DNA of 64,000 nucleotides from a virus (taxonomy: Duplodnaviria; Caudoviricetes). The notes below the pieces were generated by a model. The model was not told the DNA's origin. It did no database searches and saw nothing but the letters and a program-made list of their open reading frames with translations. The position numbers and the translations under genes are program-made. The stretch covers positions 32,001-96,000 of IMG/VR virus record IMGVR_UViG_3300021426_000073; one strand, given 5' to 3'. Shown here piece after piece: positions 41,666-54,031 of this stretch. The stretch's first letter is position 1; every line of letters begins with the position of its first letter.

Positions 41666-41981
41666 TTCTGACCACCTTCCTTTCGGAGTATTTTTCTTCT
41701 TGCCAATGTCGGATAGAGGATATGTGTTTCTCTGTTATCATCGCAGGGCATTAGCGATGTTTCTTGATTGGCACTCACAGAGCTTCAGACTGAAGATTAC
41801 ATCTAAAGGTGTGTATTTACCTTACTATCTAACGTAGTTCATATCTGCAACATACCTTTCGGCAGTAGCAGTCACTTAGGCTTGAAACCTACTGTTAAGT
41901 CCATATCTCAAAAGACTTATTGTGCCCACTTTCGAGTATGCTTAATCACATATTTCTATGTTTTTGGTCACTTAACAGTTA
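41666..41981 (-). ncRNA. IscB omegaRNA (HEARO-like) scaffold
   Basis: Non-coding structured 315 nt directly 5' of iscB; 5' stem ACTGTTAAGT/ACTTAACAGT; motifs CAAGCCTAAGT, AACTACGTT, AGCTCTG, GACATTGGCAAG typical of this RNA. Confidence 0.8.
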
Positions 41982-42159
41982 GTCCCATCATATAAACTTT
42001 TATAATATCTTCAATGGGCTTAATTGTCCCATCGTATAAACTTTTATAATATCTGTATTTAGGTAATTGCAGCAATTTACTTCTAATAGAGCAATCTTGA
42101 ATAACAGTTCTGTCCACAAAGTATTCTTGCAACAACTTTCTACAAGGACATTCAATCAT
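41968..42159 (-). CDS. 63-aa hypothetical protein overlapping the omegaRNA guide region
   Basis: GGAG RBS downstream of a promoter; 3' end contains a 29-bp duplication. Confidence 0.45.
   Translation of the reverse strand: MIECPCRKLLQEYFVDRTVIQDCSIRSKLLQLPKYRYYKSLYDGTIKPIEDIIKVYMMGLTVK
41982..42054. repeat. 29-bp direct repeat (1 mismatch) at the IscB guide position
   Basis: GTCCCATCATATAAACTTTTATAATATCT (41982-42010) versus GTCCCATCGTATAAACTTTTATAATATCT (42026-42054). Confidence 0.95.
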
Positions 42160-42258
42160 ATTTTTTCTCCAAATGAATTTTGTCTAGTTTGTTTGTAAAA
42201 AAGAATCACTCTGTATAGAGCAATTTAGATTATGAATTTCGTCTAGTTAACTATAATA

Positions 42259-42286
42259 ATTATACCATATCTGGTAAGAATGTAAA
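42259..42286 (-). promoter_or_regulatory. Sigma-A-like promoter upstream of ORF63/omegaRNA/iscB
   Basis: Minus TTTACA-16 bp-TATAAT with a TG extended -10. Confidence 0.65.
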
Positions 42287-42400
42287 TAGCAAATAAGCAA
42301 GTTCGTGAATTGCTCATGATTAAAATCATAAGCTTCCTAGTCAATATTCCTAACGGAACAAGTTTACCTAGGCTATCTCTGTGATTCCCACAGTTGTCAT
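42285..42400 (-). ncRNA. TnpB reRNA/omegaRNA with flank-derived guide (GAACTTGCTTATTTGCTATT...)
   Basis: Scaffold overlaps the tnpB 3' end; the guide begins right after the TCAC right end. Confidence 0.75.
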
Positions 42401-43533
42401 CCTCAAACCTTCGTTGAGAATATTTATTGCAGCATTTATATCTCTTTCATGATGTATACCACAAATAGGGCAAGTCCATTCTCTAATAGATAAAGTTTTC
42501 TTACCGTCTTTATATCCACAACTAGAACATATTTGACTCGAAGGATACCATGTATCAATTTTTATAATTTCACGACCATACCATTCAGCCTTATATTCTA
42601 ATTGTCTTACAAATTCACTCCAAGATACATCTGCTATTGCTTTTGCTAAATTATGATTTCGCATCATATTTTTAACCTTAAGACTTTCTAGTACTATAAC
42701 TTGATTTTCGTTAATTAGTTTTTTAGAAAGTTTGTGTAAAAAATCTTTTCTTTGGTTAGTTATCTTTTCATACTGCCTTGCAACTTTTATTCTACATTTT
42801 TCTCTGTTTTTACTATCTTTCTTACATCGAGATAAATCCTTTTGCAGTTTCCTCAATTTTTTCTCTGCTTTTAGAAAATACTTTGGATTATTTATTAACT
42901 CTCCGTTAGAAGTAATAGCAAATTCTTTTATACCAAGATCTATTCCTATTTTGTTTTTATTTGCAGATAATTTATGTTGTTCCATAGTATCTACTAAAAC
43001 AGAAACAAAATACTTTCCAGATGGATTTTGAGAAATTGTAACCGATTTTATTACTCCGTTAAAATCTCTATGCTTCTTTACTTTAACTAATCCAATTTTA
43101 GGTAACTTGATATACTTGTTGGTTATTCTTATATTATCTTTTTGGTTATTTGTAGTATAAGAATTATAATGATTCTTCTTACTTTTAAATTTAGGATGAC
43201 CAACTTCAGGTCTTTTAAAGAAGTTATTGTAAGCAGTTTGCAAATTTAGTTGAGCATTTGCTAACGCTAGCGAATCAACTTCCTTAAGCCAAGTAAATTC
43301 TTTTTTATATTGAGCAGGAGTATTGTTAAGCTTTTGTTTTGTTTGTTTATAATATTCAATTTTGTCTGCAAGCATTTTATTGTATATAAAACGAACGCAC
43401 CCAAAGCATTTGGAAAAATATATCTGCTGTTCCTTGTTTGGATACAATCTATATTTATAAGCTTTAAGCATAAACAACTCCTTTCTGTAAACGTTCATTA
43501 ACTCATGACTAAAGTCACAAGTATGCTTTCACA
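42305..43533 (-). mobile_element. IS200/IS605-family, TnpB-only (IS1341-like) element
   Basis: Inserted 3' of TTGAT (43534-43538, overlapping the TGA stop of 43535..43747). Left-end hairpin ACTTGTGACTTTAGTCATGAGT; right-end hairpin GCTTATGATTTTAATCATGAGC ending in TCAC; no tnpA. Confidence 0.85.
42368..43471 (-). CDS. tnpB: TnpB RNA-guided endonuclease
   Basis: [10 protein letters not shown]-terminus, RuvC GIDLG, VLESL, zinc finger [19 protein letters not shown]; AAGGAG RBS before ATG 43471. Confidence 0.92.
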   Translation of the reverse strand: MLKAYKYRLYPNKEQQIYFSKCFGCVRFIYNKMLADKIEYYKQTKQKLNNTPAQYKKEFTWLKEVDSLALANAQLNLQTAYNNFFKRPEVGHPKFKSKKNHYNSYTTNNQKDNIRITNKYIKLPKIGLVKVKKHRDFNGVIKSVTISQNPSGKYFVSVLVDTMEQHKLSANKNKIGIDLGIKEFAITSNGELINNPKYFLKAEKKLRKLQKDLSRCKKDSKNREKCRIKVARQYEKITNQRKDFLHKLSKKLINENQVIVLESLKVKNMMRNHNLAKAIADVSWSEFVRQLEYKAEWYGREIIKIDTWYPSSQICSSCGYKDGKKTLSIREWTCPICGIHHERDINAAINILNEGLRMTTVGITEIA

Positions 43534-46500
43534 ATCAATTAATTCTTTTATCGTCATATACAAACTCCCAACTTCTTATTGCATCACCACATATATCAGC
43601 AAGTGTATCTAAACATTCAATAGCGTAATCAAATGGTTCTGCATTAAATCCATCAATATTATATTGATGTGCTATTTTCTCAAGTAATCTTCTTTGCTTT
43701 ATCAGTTTTTGTTTATTGCTAACTAATTCATCATATACTACTCTCATATTTTATGCTCCTCTTCTAACAACCACTCACGCATATCCTTTTGACAAGTAGT
43801 TGAATTAAATCTACACTTGCTGCAAGGATATGTCTGCATGGCTTTTGCTCTTAATATTTCATAATCGTCAGTAATACAATAGCTTTGCACTATCATATCG
43901 ACAAAGTGTTCTTGATTAATTTGTACTATCTTCTCTAAGTTCGTCATGTTCTAACTCCGAAATACGATTGTAAATATCTTGATATGCAATTATTGCACCT
44001 TTATTCATATCTTCGTTCGCTAATCCGATATCTGATACTTCTCTTGCAAATAAAACTTTGCTTAAACTTTCTTTGATATCTTCTACAATTGCAATATACT
44101 TAACTTGTTCATTAAGAGTATCTTTAAGATTCTTATGGCTATAAGTATCTACAACAGTTTCAAGTTGTTCTTTCGTTAAGCCTACTTCTTTAATAATCTG
44201 TTCCAACGTCATCGATATCACACTCCTTAATTTTCCTTTATTTAATGTGAATGATAGCTTTCGCATTCTTTTTGATATTCTTCGTATTCTTCTAGTTTCT
44301 TTAATTTTTTTAGCACTTGAGCATCAGGTTCTATGCTATTAACTACATTTATAAGCATTTGTTTTATTATTGGAGCATTTTCAATCCATTCAATGTTGTC
44401 AAGACAATCAAGGCTTTTAATAACCTCTTGTCTGCTGATATAATCCGTAAATATTTTCATATTAATTCTCCTTATTCATTGCTTTGCTCATACTATTGTA
44501 ATACCATTTTAATTCTTTAAATTCCTTATCTGACAATCCAACAACCTCTATACATTGAAGTTCTGTATTGTAAACAATTCTTAAATAATCATCGGCAGCA
44601 ACGGCTTCAATATTTCCTACCTTTTCTTTGTGTGTATCAATATCAATAGCACATAATAATTCACTTTCACTAGGACTACAAGTTGAATGGTTATAAATAC
44701 CATAAGGTGCTCTGTATATATTTTCTTTTACTATACGTTTTGCTATTTCTAATTTATCTTTCATTTAATTATCTCCTTTATATGGTTCTGGTAATGGAAA
44801 CCAAGCAAGTGGCTCATATTCACAATCGTCTAAAACAAATTCATCCGTTTGCCAATGAGTGCCATTCCACCAAGCAATATGCGGTTGATTGTTAGAAAAT
44901 AAATATACGAGTACTTCTTTATTAACTTCAGGTAATCTGTCTTTTACAGAAACCCAAGAGTATTTTTCTTTATATTTTTTCTTTATATTTTTTCTTTTTC
45001 TTAGGCATTGGTGGTACGTTTTTTGTAATGGTATATTTGTTTCAACAATTGGAGGGATTCCTTTTCCACTCTTTATATCTTCCCACAATCTTTTTTCTTC
45101 TAGCGTCGAGTAAATTGGTCTATAGGCTCCTTTTATCATAATAATTCTCCTTTTCTTTTGTATTATCCACCTGATACACTTATCTTTTTGCCATCTTTTA
45201 ACTTATATGTATTGAAAACCCATTTCGGATCAGTACAACGTGTTTCTTCAATGATGTCCTCTACGGCTAAATAAACTTGATAAGGCAAAAAGCAATAAGC
45301 ATTGCTAACCATTCTCTCGTTAAACATTAATATAGACTGTTCATCATCAAGCCACATCGAATTAGATAAATCCGTTAACTCTGTATATGGATTTCCCATA
45401 AAGTCTTTTTCTTTATTTACAACCTGTTGATGCCGTTCATTTATTAATCTTCTTGTAATCTTATCAATAACTTCAAACATCCCCATTACATCATCAATTT
45501 CGCCCTCGTAACATCCGTCTTCATCTATTTCAATACCTTTAGATGTTATAAATTCTTCCCACTCTTGGTAGTATTCATTATTCCCGAATACTTGTTTGTT
45601 GTTTACGTATGTTCTATACGACATCTTGTTCTCCTTTGTTTAAAAATATATTTTGTCACACTCTTTTACGTAGAAAGACTTGCTAGCATTGCTTAAGTAT
45701 CTATCTGCAAACCACTCTACGTCAGACATTGGGCACAATGAGAATTTTGAAAATTCTTCAGCCACTTTTTTCTCCGCCTCTTCTTTAGTCAAAAATCTTT
45801 CACGGTCTGTATAAGTATATGGTTCTTGGTCACTACTATAACAATGGTCATTAAAGTATCTCCAATAAGCAATATAATGTTTTAATGCTATCATAACTAT
45901 TTTTCTCCCATCTCCGCTCCACAGTTAGGGCAGAACTTAAAACCGCTCAATCCCATGTGTGCATTGCAGACACTACATACTTTAGCCCCACCTATATTAC
46001 TTTTCATCCAATGTCCTTTTTTAAGTGGTTTTAACTGAATAGCTCTAGTAAAGCCTAATTTATCGGTTACGACCATTACTTTGTCATTTACAGACATACC
46101 ATTACAAAGAATCGGTTCATCTATTCTAAAATCAGATAACATTTCATCATCAATAATTGCTATATATTTCATCTATATCACCTCTTATTATTAATTTTTT
46201 AACTTTAATATATTTACTATAACTACTTGATCTAAATCAGTTTGTTGTATGATTGAATCAATTAGTATATTGTAATTTTCTGATTTTAAAAAATCCAAAC
46301 CAGTCTCTATTATGATACTTCCCCATCCTTGTTTACCTGTATTTTCTGTGAAATGATAACTAATCATGTACTTATTAACTCTTTTCTTAAACATTATTAA
46401 TTCTCCTCATAATTGTCTCGGATACCTTTAACGCATTCGTAACAGTTGCTTCCATCGGTTTCGGATTTATAAACACAAGTATCACACTTATTACTATTAG

Positions 46501-46833
46501 ATTGAGCCTTTAAACTTGCAATTGCCATGTCTAAAGCTATTTGATAATCGAGTGGATACTCCCATTCAATTTCGGCTTTTGCGACTTCTAATATTTCAAT
46601 AGCTCTTTCATTTGTCATTTTAGTTATTCTCCTCATATTTAGGTGGTTTTAATTCAATTGTTTCAAATATTTCGCCACACGATTTACACCTATTCGGATA
46701 AAACCAAGGCTCTGTATGTATCATAAAATCTGGCATATCTAATATATTATAGCCATAAGCTACTTCATCTTCTATTATTGCACCACAGTTTGAACAACGT
46801 GGTTTATATATTATTCTGCACATTCATATCTCC

Positions 46834-47658
46834 TTAATAACAATAATTTTCAGCCTTTTCTTTTTCAGTAAAAAAATGAATACCGCTAGCACATTGAATA
46901 TTATATTCACAATTGAAATCGTATATTGTGATTTCATCTCCTACATAATATGATATTTCGTTATCAAAGAGTGAATATGCTCTATCTTTTCCGTCTATAT
47001 TAATTACTTTAGCCTTGTTAGTTCTACATTTAACTCCGTTGATAGAAAAGACTATCGCACCTCTAGGTATTTCAAGAGTTACCATTACATCATTTTTACA
47101 CTTCTTATATCCGATTATAGGCTCTGTTAGTATCTTTCCTTTTCTATATTCAATTAAGCTTCCATTAGCACCATCTAAAGCAGCACCTGCCAAGTTAGCA
47201 CTAATCAAGTTGACATTACTTAAATCAGTATCAATCAAACTAGCACAGCTCAAGTTAGCACCATCTAAGTCTGCATCATTTAAGTTGGCACGATACAATT
47301 CAGCATTACGCAAACTAGCACAACCCAAGTTTGTACTACACAAATTAGTACCAATTAAATAAGCAAGATTCAAGCTTGCAAAAGCTAAACACGAATTACT
47401 TAAATCTGCACCACTTAAGTCAGCAAAATCTAAATTAGCACATCTCAAGTCAACACCTCTTAAATCAACAAAGCTCAAGTCAGCATGGCTTAAATCGGCA
47501 CATATTGCTTCCTGTTTATCGTCATCATTAGTTAACCAATTTTCATGACTTATAAGTATTTGTTCTAAAGTTTTCCCATTAATAATAACATCTTCTGTAT
47601 TTCTCATATCACACCTCTCAACTAATAACTTTTCATAAAGCTTACTCTTTTTAAGCAT
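46834..47658 (-). CDS. Pentapeptide-repeat protein with DUF5758-like C-terminal domain
   Basis: A(D/N)Lxx repeats followed by IIGYKKC...LEIP...KCRTNKAKV...CASGIHFF. Confidence 0.85.
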   Translation of the reverse strand: MLKKSKLYEKLLVERCDMRNTEDVIINGKTLEQILISHENWLTNDDDKQEAICADLSHADLSFVDLRGVDLRCANLDFADLSGADLSNSCLAFASLNLAYLIGTNLCSTNLGCASLRNAELYRANLNDADLDGANLSCASLIDTDLSNVNLISANLAGAALDGANGSLIEYRKGKILTEPIIGYKKCKNDVMVTLEIPRGAIVFSINGVKCRTNKAKVINIDGKDRAYSLFDNEISYYVGDEITIYDFNCEYNIQCASGIHFFTEKEKAENYCY

Positions 47659-49649
47659 TCAGGACTTCCACATCCGATGTAGTATCAAACCATTTTATTT
47701 TATTAGTTTCTAAATTTACACATCTAACATTATTTATTTCTTTATTGCCTAATCCTAATATTCTATATCTTTGACCATCGCAATAAAAAATATCGTTAAC
47801 CATTAACCACCCAACTTCTGTTGGTCTAAATTTATTATCCATTTAATTACTCTCCTTTTTCTATTGATTGACCTATGACCTTTTGCTCCCAATCAATCTG
47901 TTGCTCGACTTCCACATATATCAACACGAACAATTCCCCTTGTATATTTAGTTGCAATTATACCTTTCTAATAACCCATTTTTGGGTTGTCTGAAAATCT
48001 TAATATTTCCCTAATTTCCACCAATGTACGTTCATCTGTCAAATGTGATTTACTGTTATCTACTAATGTTTCACCTATTCTTAATATTGCACTATGCTGT
48101 CTTATACATAATCTTCTTAATGTTTCTATGTCGTCACATTCTTCTATCTCTATTCTATTCATATTTTATTCTCCTAAATGCTTATTCATAAAATCTGCCA
48201 ATGGTTATTGTTCTTTTAAAAAGATTTATATATAAATATGTTTCGTCTCCCCAATGAGATAAACAAATTCCAAAACTCCATTGTTCTTCCCAAAGTTTCT
48301 CTATCTTTACACCAAACTTAACTAATTTTCCTTCACTCATAACTCGCTCCTATCAATTATTGTTCCTGTTATTGATGACAATGCTAAAGAATTATTTATT
48401 CTTATCGGATTATCAAACCATATCGATGGTATTCCATATTCTTTAGGAATGTCCAAATTAAAATTCATGTTGCATTTGTATGTATAAAACACATCGCAGC
48501 ATTGCCCATCTTTGGTAATCTTATACCACTCACCACTATTCCACTCTTGGGCAAGTATTAAAATATTGTTGTAATCATTCTTTCCCCAAAAGCCATTATA
48601 AACACCGTTAGATAAAAACATTATTCTATTAAAGTATTTACTGCTATCATATGGCTTTGCATTTTCTATCAATTCTTTAAGTGCTTTCTTCATATCTTAT
48701 ATCCTCTGATAAATGTTTGTTAATAATATCCTCTGCTCTTTCCATTCCTTCGCCAAAATAGTTTTTTGGCAACGGATAATCTCCATCGATATAGTAATGA
48801 TCGAATTTTAAAACATCATTTTTATATTCGTTATAATCAGCGTGAGCATAACTTTTTTCTTCTTCAATTTGTTCTTTGATTTTATTCCAAGCCTCAAGAT
48901 ATCTTATAACTTTTTCGTGACATTCAATTTGTTTTCCAAATGATACTGGCTTATATTTACAATGATTGCAATCTTCATCAAGGCATTGTGTCACTCCTGT
49001 TATCTGAAATTCTAAACATTGTAATTCTATTTTTAATATTTTAATAGCTTCATTTATATCCATATTAATTCCCTTAATTATTCATCTTCCTTTACGAAAT
49101 CTATAGTGCTCTCTAAAGTTTCTTCGATAATCTTATACAAAGGAATAAATTCAGAAGCATCAAATGTTTTCCTATAGCGAAGAATAAATCCGTCCTCGTT
49201 TTTCACTTCATCAATAACCTCTAATTCATCGCCCCATTTAGAAAATGAAAAATCGATATCGTATTCAATACATGATTCTAAAAACTCTTTTAATGTCATA
49301 TTATTCTCCTTTAAAGTGTTCTTCTATGTTAAACCACTTGTCATCCATAATGTTGCCTATTATTTTTATAGAGCTACCCCATCCGTCTGATTTAACTCTA
49401 CAATATTTACCTTCTAAATCTTCCCATTTTTCTACGCCGACAACATCCATAATCTTCATCATGGCAGTTAAACCTTTGTCAGTAGCATCAAATTCTTTAG
49501 CATCTAGATATCCATGCCCTATAACATAACCACCAAAGCAACAAAAACTTGCTCCTAGATCTAATCCTAAATTAAATGTTAATACTCCATGATCAGCCAT
49601 ACTGATTGAAACATATCTAATTTTTGCATTTATTATTTCAGACATATTC

Positions 49650-50159
49650 TCACCTCACTATCATTCTTCCACACCACGGACAAAACTTGTTACTTGCAAA
49701 TAATATGTGTTCGCAATTAGAACAATGAGGTGTATCAAAATCATCATAACAAATATTAGTCGTTTCATTTGTATGTGGTGCGTCCCACCATTCTTTATCA
49801 AATGTACCGAACGGTGTTACAACTTTCGTGTTGTTATAATTATTAAAATGTTCAGTTGTATTAAATGTATTTAACACTACTTCGCCGTTGGTTAATGGTC
49901 TGCTTACACTTGCTGTATCGTTAATACTTATTTCAGAATCAGTAGTAAGAGTATACTCTCCGTCTTCATCACCAAACAGCCAATCAGTTGTTATATTTAA
50001 TGCTTTTGTAATATTTCTTATTGTTCTAATACTAGGATTTACCTCGCCAGTTAATGCTCTGCTTAATGTACTTTCATTAACACCAGATAACTCAGCCAAG
50101 TCTTTTTGAGTGATATTTTTTTCTTTAAGTATGCTGATTAATTTTTCTCTCCAGTTCAT
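49650..50159 (-). CDS. XRE HTH regulator fused to a Zn ribbon
   Basis: ITQKDLAELSGVNESTLSR HTH; C-terminal CSNC...FCPWCG. Confidence 0.8.
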   Translation of the reverse strand: MNWREKLISILKEKNITQKDLAELSGVNESTLSRALTGEVNPSIRTIRNITKALNITTDWLFGDEDGEYTLTTDSEISINDTASVSRPLTNGEVVLNTFNTTEHFNNYNNTKVVTPFGTFDKEWWDAPHTNETTNICYDDFDTPHCSNCEHILFASNKFCPWCGRMIVR

Positions 50160-50756
50160 AGCTTACTCCTTGATTCTTTTAACATAAGGACAATAGTCCT
50201 CTTCCTCCAGCGTATATCCATATCTACGCCAGATTTCTTTTTTATCTTCATACTCTAGCGGACACATATTCAAATCTGTGTTCATGTACATAACCTCAAA
50301 AGCTATGCAAAAGAACCTCTTACGTCCATCTTTGTCTATGTATGCTTGTTTATTACCGCAACCTTTGCAGCGATCACGTTTAGATATTTTATTCTTTTTG
50401 CCCATCTTCAAACCCTATATATACTGTAGCCTCATATTCATCTGGAAAATAAAAGTCGTTATCGTTATACTGTGTTACCGTCATATTTTTTTCTATGTAT
50501 TCTGCAAATTTTTTAGCCAATTCTCTTTTTACTTCTTTTAATAATATGACTTTGTTTGTTTCATTCTTTTTTAAAACTTGATGTGGATAAATGTTACCAA
50601 AGGTATATTTGAAAGTTTTTCTTTCACATCTAATTTCTGTTATAGGAAATTTCTGTATAGGATTATTTAATTCTTTTAATCTTTGATATTCTTTTTTATA
50701 CTTCTTTGCCTTCTGCCTTGCGTTCATAAAAAACACTCCTCTTATTCCTTTTTTAA

Positions 50757-51551
50757 TTACCAGTTACAATAAACATCTATCGTACCATAAGCACAACCAC
50801 AATCGTATACTTTAGCTGGACCGAGACTAATCATAAGTGTAGCTCCTCTTGGATAAAAACTTGGATTAGCAGCCACGCATATGTAACCGTCTTTATCTCT
50901 AACAGTTCCATCTTTCGCAACGTGTCTTCCAGATATTTTTAATCCACCGCCAGCTAATACTTTTTGACTGTAATATGTTTCTCTGTGTCCGTTGTAATAT
51001 ACAACTCCTTTACTCTTTGTTAATTTGTTAGAAGAAACATTATAGTGTTCGTTGTAACTAAGTAATACACCATTGAAACTCTTTTTCTTAATGTTGTTTA
51101 TTTTCTTTTTAAGAGTCCTAATTGATTTTCTTAGTTTCTTCTTTTTACTTGTACATTTATTAAGTTTTTTCTTATAACCTTGAATTTCTTTTAAGGCTTC
51201 TTTTTTGTGGCTGATTAGAAAAGACTTGTAACTATTCAAGCTTGTTGAATATGCTACATCTAAAACATATCCAGATTCTATTTGCTTTTTTATACTTTCA
51301 AAAAATGTGATATCGTCTTCAATGTTTTTTATATAAATCCTATCTTTCTTAATTAGACCACTAATACTTTTAATATCCGAATTAATCTTCGAAAGAGATT
51401 TTTCTTTACCAGATAATTCTTTTTGAAGTTTATCTAATTGAGTTTCAGCATTAACTGAAGTTGTAAAACAAAATCCAAAAACAAGGGATAGTAAAAGTAT
51501 TATTTTTTTAATACTCATATAACACCATGCTGAAATAAATAAGTTCCACAA
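50757..51551 (-). CDS. Secreted coiled-coil protein with 3D-like (MltA-type) cell-wall domain
   Basis: Signal peptide (KKIILLLSLVFGFCFTTSVNA), long coiled coil, ETYY...ICVAAN...VYDCGCAYGTIDVY. Confidence 0.6.
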   Translation of the reverse strand: MWNLFISAWCYMSIKKIILLLSLVFGFCFTTSVNAETQLDKLQKELSGKEKSLSKINSDIKSISGLIKKDRIYIKNIEDDITFFESIKKQIESGYVLDVAYSTSLNSYKSFLISHKKEALKEIQGYKKKLNKCTSKKKKLRKSIRTLKKKINNIKKKSFNGVLLSYNEHYNVSSNKLTKSKGVVYYNGHRETYYSQKVLAGGGLKISGRHVAKDGTVRDKDGYICVAANPSFYPRGATLMISLGPAKVYDCGCAYGTIDVYCNW

Positions 51552-51761
51552 AATTTATGGACATTTAGAAAAATATACAACTAGCCAACTCTAAACCATC
51601 ATCTTTAAACGAATACTAATCGTCTGTAAAAGTATTTTTAAAGATGCTTAAGTATTTACTCCAGTCCTTTCTTTTTGTTTTTTGTAAACTCTTGCAAGTT
51701 GGTTGTATATATAAGTGGTAACTTGCAAGGTTGTTTACAATATAAGGAATAAGAGAAGCAT

Positions 51762-52376
51762 CTATTCACCTCTGATTTTTTTTACATATGGTAAATCTAG
51801 AAGAATGCCACAAAACTCTCTCCATTCAAAAAGTTTATGATTACTTCTTTGGTTTATAATGTTCATTACGTTTTCGTAATTCATACTAACTGTAGCTTTA
51901 AGGTTATAACCTTGAGGAAGCAACTCTAACATAGCTCTCCAATATTTCTTTTCTTTGGTTTCATTAAATAAAACTCTTAATCTTTCTAACTCTTCTAACA
52001 CTATGTTGAACACTTCTTCAGTACGTCCACCACATTCATCTATGCCCTCGTGTGAAAAGTCATCCTTTTCAAAAGACTTAACGTGTATTCTATGCATCTT
52101 AGAACATGAGTTTCTAGTAACTCCAATCTTGTATGTGTCGAACTCGCCCCAAAATATATGATGTGATGTTATATCCATACTTACAAATATCTGCCTTAAA
52201 TACTTTCGATGTTCATTTCCAGCTTTGTATAATCTTTTTGCTAAATCTAAATCGGCTTCACCTAATATATCATTGTCCAAATCGCTATCTGATTTATTCC
52301 AACTATTCATAGCATTTCTAGCCGAATACACCGCTCTTGTTATGTTGTATACATTTATATTCTCGACTTTAATCAT
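51762..52376 (-). CDS. ThyX-like (flavin-dependent thymidylate synthase-related) protein
   Basis: EHRKYLRQI...FDTYKIG...NSCSKMH...LPQGY...QRSNHKLFEWREF pattern of the phage ThyX-like family. Confidence 0.55.
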   Translation of the reverse strand: MIKVENINVYNITRAVYSARNAMNSWNKSDSDLDNDILGEADLDLAKRLYKAGNEHRKYLRQIFVSMDITSHHIFWGEFDTYKIGVTRNSCSKMHRIHVKSFEKDDFSHEGIDECGGRTEEVFNIVLEELERLRVLFNETKEKKYWRAMLELLPQGYNLKATVSMNYENVMNIINQRSNHKLFEWREFCGILLDLPYVKKIRGE

Positions 52377-52862
52377 TATTCATATCCTCTAATTCTTTTA
52401 TTTGTTTTGATACCTGAATAATTTCATTCCAGATATGTTGTTTCTTTTCCATAAAATTTGAATATGATGGTTCTATTCTTACTAACACTCCGTGTTCATC
52501 AAGAAACCAATATCTATCTATTTGGAAATTATTATTTTTAAAATCACTTACTAAGGTTTGCAACTGTGATTTTAAAGCTTGCAATTTTATAGTATGATTT
52601 TTGTCTAGTCTCATATTCATCGAATAACCTCTATATCTTCTAGCCATTTGTCAAACACTTGTTTGATAAAATATTTATCATCGTTATCGCACATTGCTTC
52701 AGTATCAGCAACCCATTTATCGTTTTCATCTTTAATTATCTGTAATTCTCCCCAGCCTATATTACTATTCCAAGTAAAGCACATATTGTCTTCATCTACA
52801 TAACTTAATGTTACATCAAATATATCAACCATTGATTATTTCTCCTTAAACTGCTTTTTTAT

Positions 52863-52891
52863 AATATAGCACAATGTATGAATTATGTCTA
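52863..52891 (-). promoter_or_regulatory. Putative promoter using the repeated motif as its -35
   Basis: Minus TAGACA-17 bp-TATATT with TG extension. Confidence 0.55.
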
Positions 52892-53368
52892 GCAGGCAAG
52901 TGAAACTTTTTTATTTTTTTAACGCTGCAATACCCATAAAATCAAATTCTGCTTCATGTATCATACTTCCAACCAAATCAGGAAAACGTTTTTCAAAAAT
53001 AATCATAGCTTCCTCTTTGGAACGTGCATATGTAATTGCTACATTCTCTTCGTCTATTAGTACAAATAACTTTTTATTAAATCTCATTACTTATTCTCCT
53101 TTTCTACTTTGGAAAGTATTTTTTCGCGATCTGGTAACTCAGCCCATAGTACTACATTTATAACTTCGTAATGTCCATACTCACTATCGTACTTGTACCA
53201 ACCACTCCTTTTTGAATTATAAAAATCATAATTGTCGACTTTATATAAGTTTTTTGCGAAATTTAAAATATCATAATATGTTCCAAACCTACTCTTTGTT
53301 ATAACAAAATATGTTCCGTTTTTTCTTGGCTTATCTTTATGCCATATAATTTTACTTTCAATCATAAT

Positions 53369-53638
53369 CTAATCCTTTTTCAATACATATCTTCGCTTTT
53401 GAATTGCACTAACTGAACGTTCTAATTTACTTGCTAGTTCTCTGTCGGGAATACTATGAGCTAAAATCAGCTCGTCTTCTTTTGATGTGTATGGCTTAGG
53501 CGGATATTCACCGCTTCCAGTTCTTTTGGCATATCTCCTTTTTGCCGCATTCCTTACTTCTCTCCACTTATTTACGTCTTTATAGTTGTTTGTTCTAAAA
53601 CTCAATATATAGTCACCTCTTTCATTTCTGCTCCACAA
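53369..53638 (-). CDS. Myb/SANT-like HTH DNA-binding protein
   Basis: YTSKEDELIL...DRELASKLERSVSAIQKRR. Confidence 0.6.
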   Translation of the reverse strand: MWSRNERGDYILSFRTNNYKDVNKWREVRNAAKRRYAKRTGSGEYPPKPYTSKEDELILAHSIPDRELASKLERSVSAIQKRRYVLKKD

Positions 53639-54031
53639 ACTTCACAATAATTACTTTTAGTATCGTGATATGATTTGCAATGAATGCATTGATATTTCAA
53701 TTCACCATCAACATCATCAATCATCCACTTGCTATAAATAATTGGTGCTACTCTAGGCTTTTTTATTTTAGTTTCAATTTCATTTGCTATAAATTGTTTG
53801 CCTTTAATACCAACATCTATGTTTTTTCTTTTGAGTAAGTTGACTATGTACTCAACTGCATCTGCTTCGTTAATCAAAATCTTCATCTCCTTCATAACCA
53901 CTACACTCAGACTTGTGAGGACAAAACTCACAAAACTGATCTTCATAATCTCCTGTACGATAGCAGTAATCATACATATCTTCGCCATCGTTTAATAAAG
54001 GTTCTCTATAATCATTCATAATAATTCTCCT

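Larger units (their letters stand above)
43535..50736 (-). other. Second array of small early hypothetical ORFs
   Basis: More than 20 tiled minus-strand ORFs, including a DUF551-like protein (44765..45139) and Zn-ribbon proteins. Confidence 0.75.

Noticed and set aside
41982-42054. CRISPR array associated with IscB
   Set aside because: Only two repeat copies with a 15-nt spacer; no further units or cas genes.
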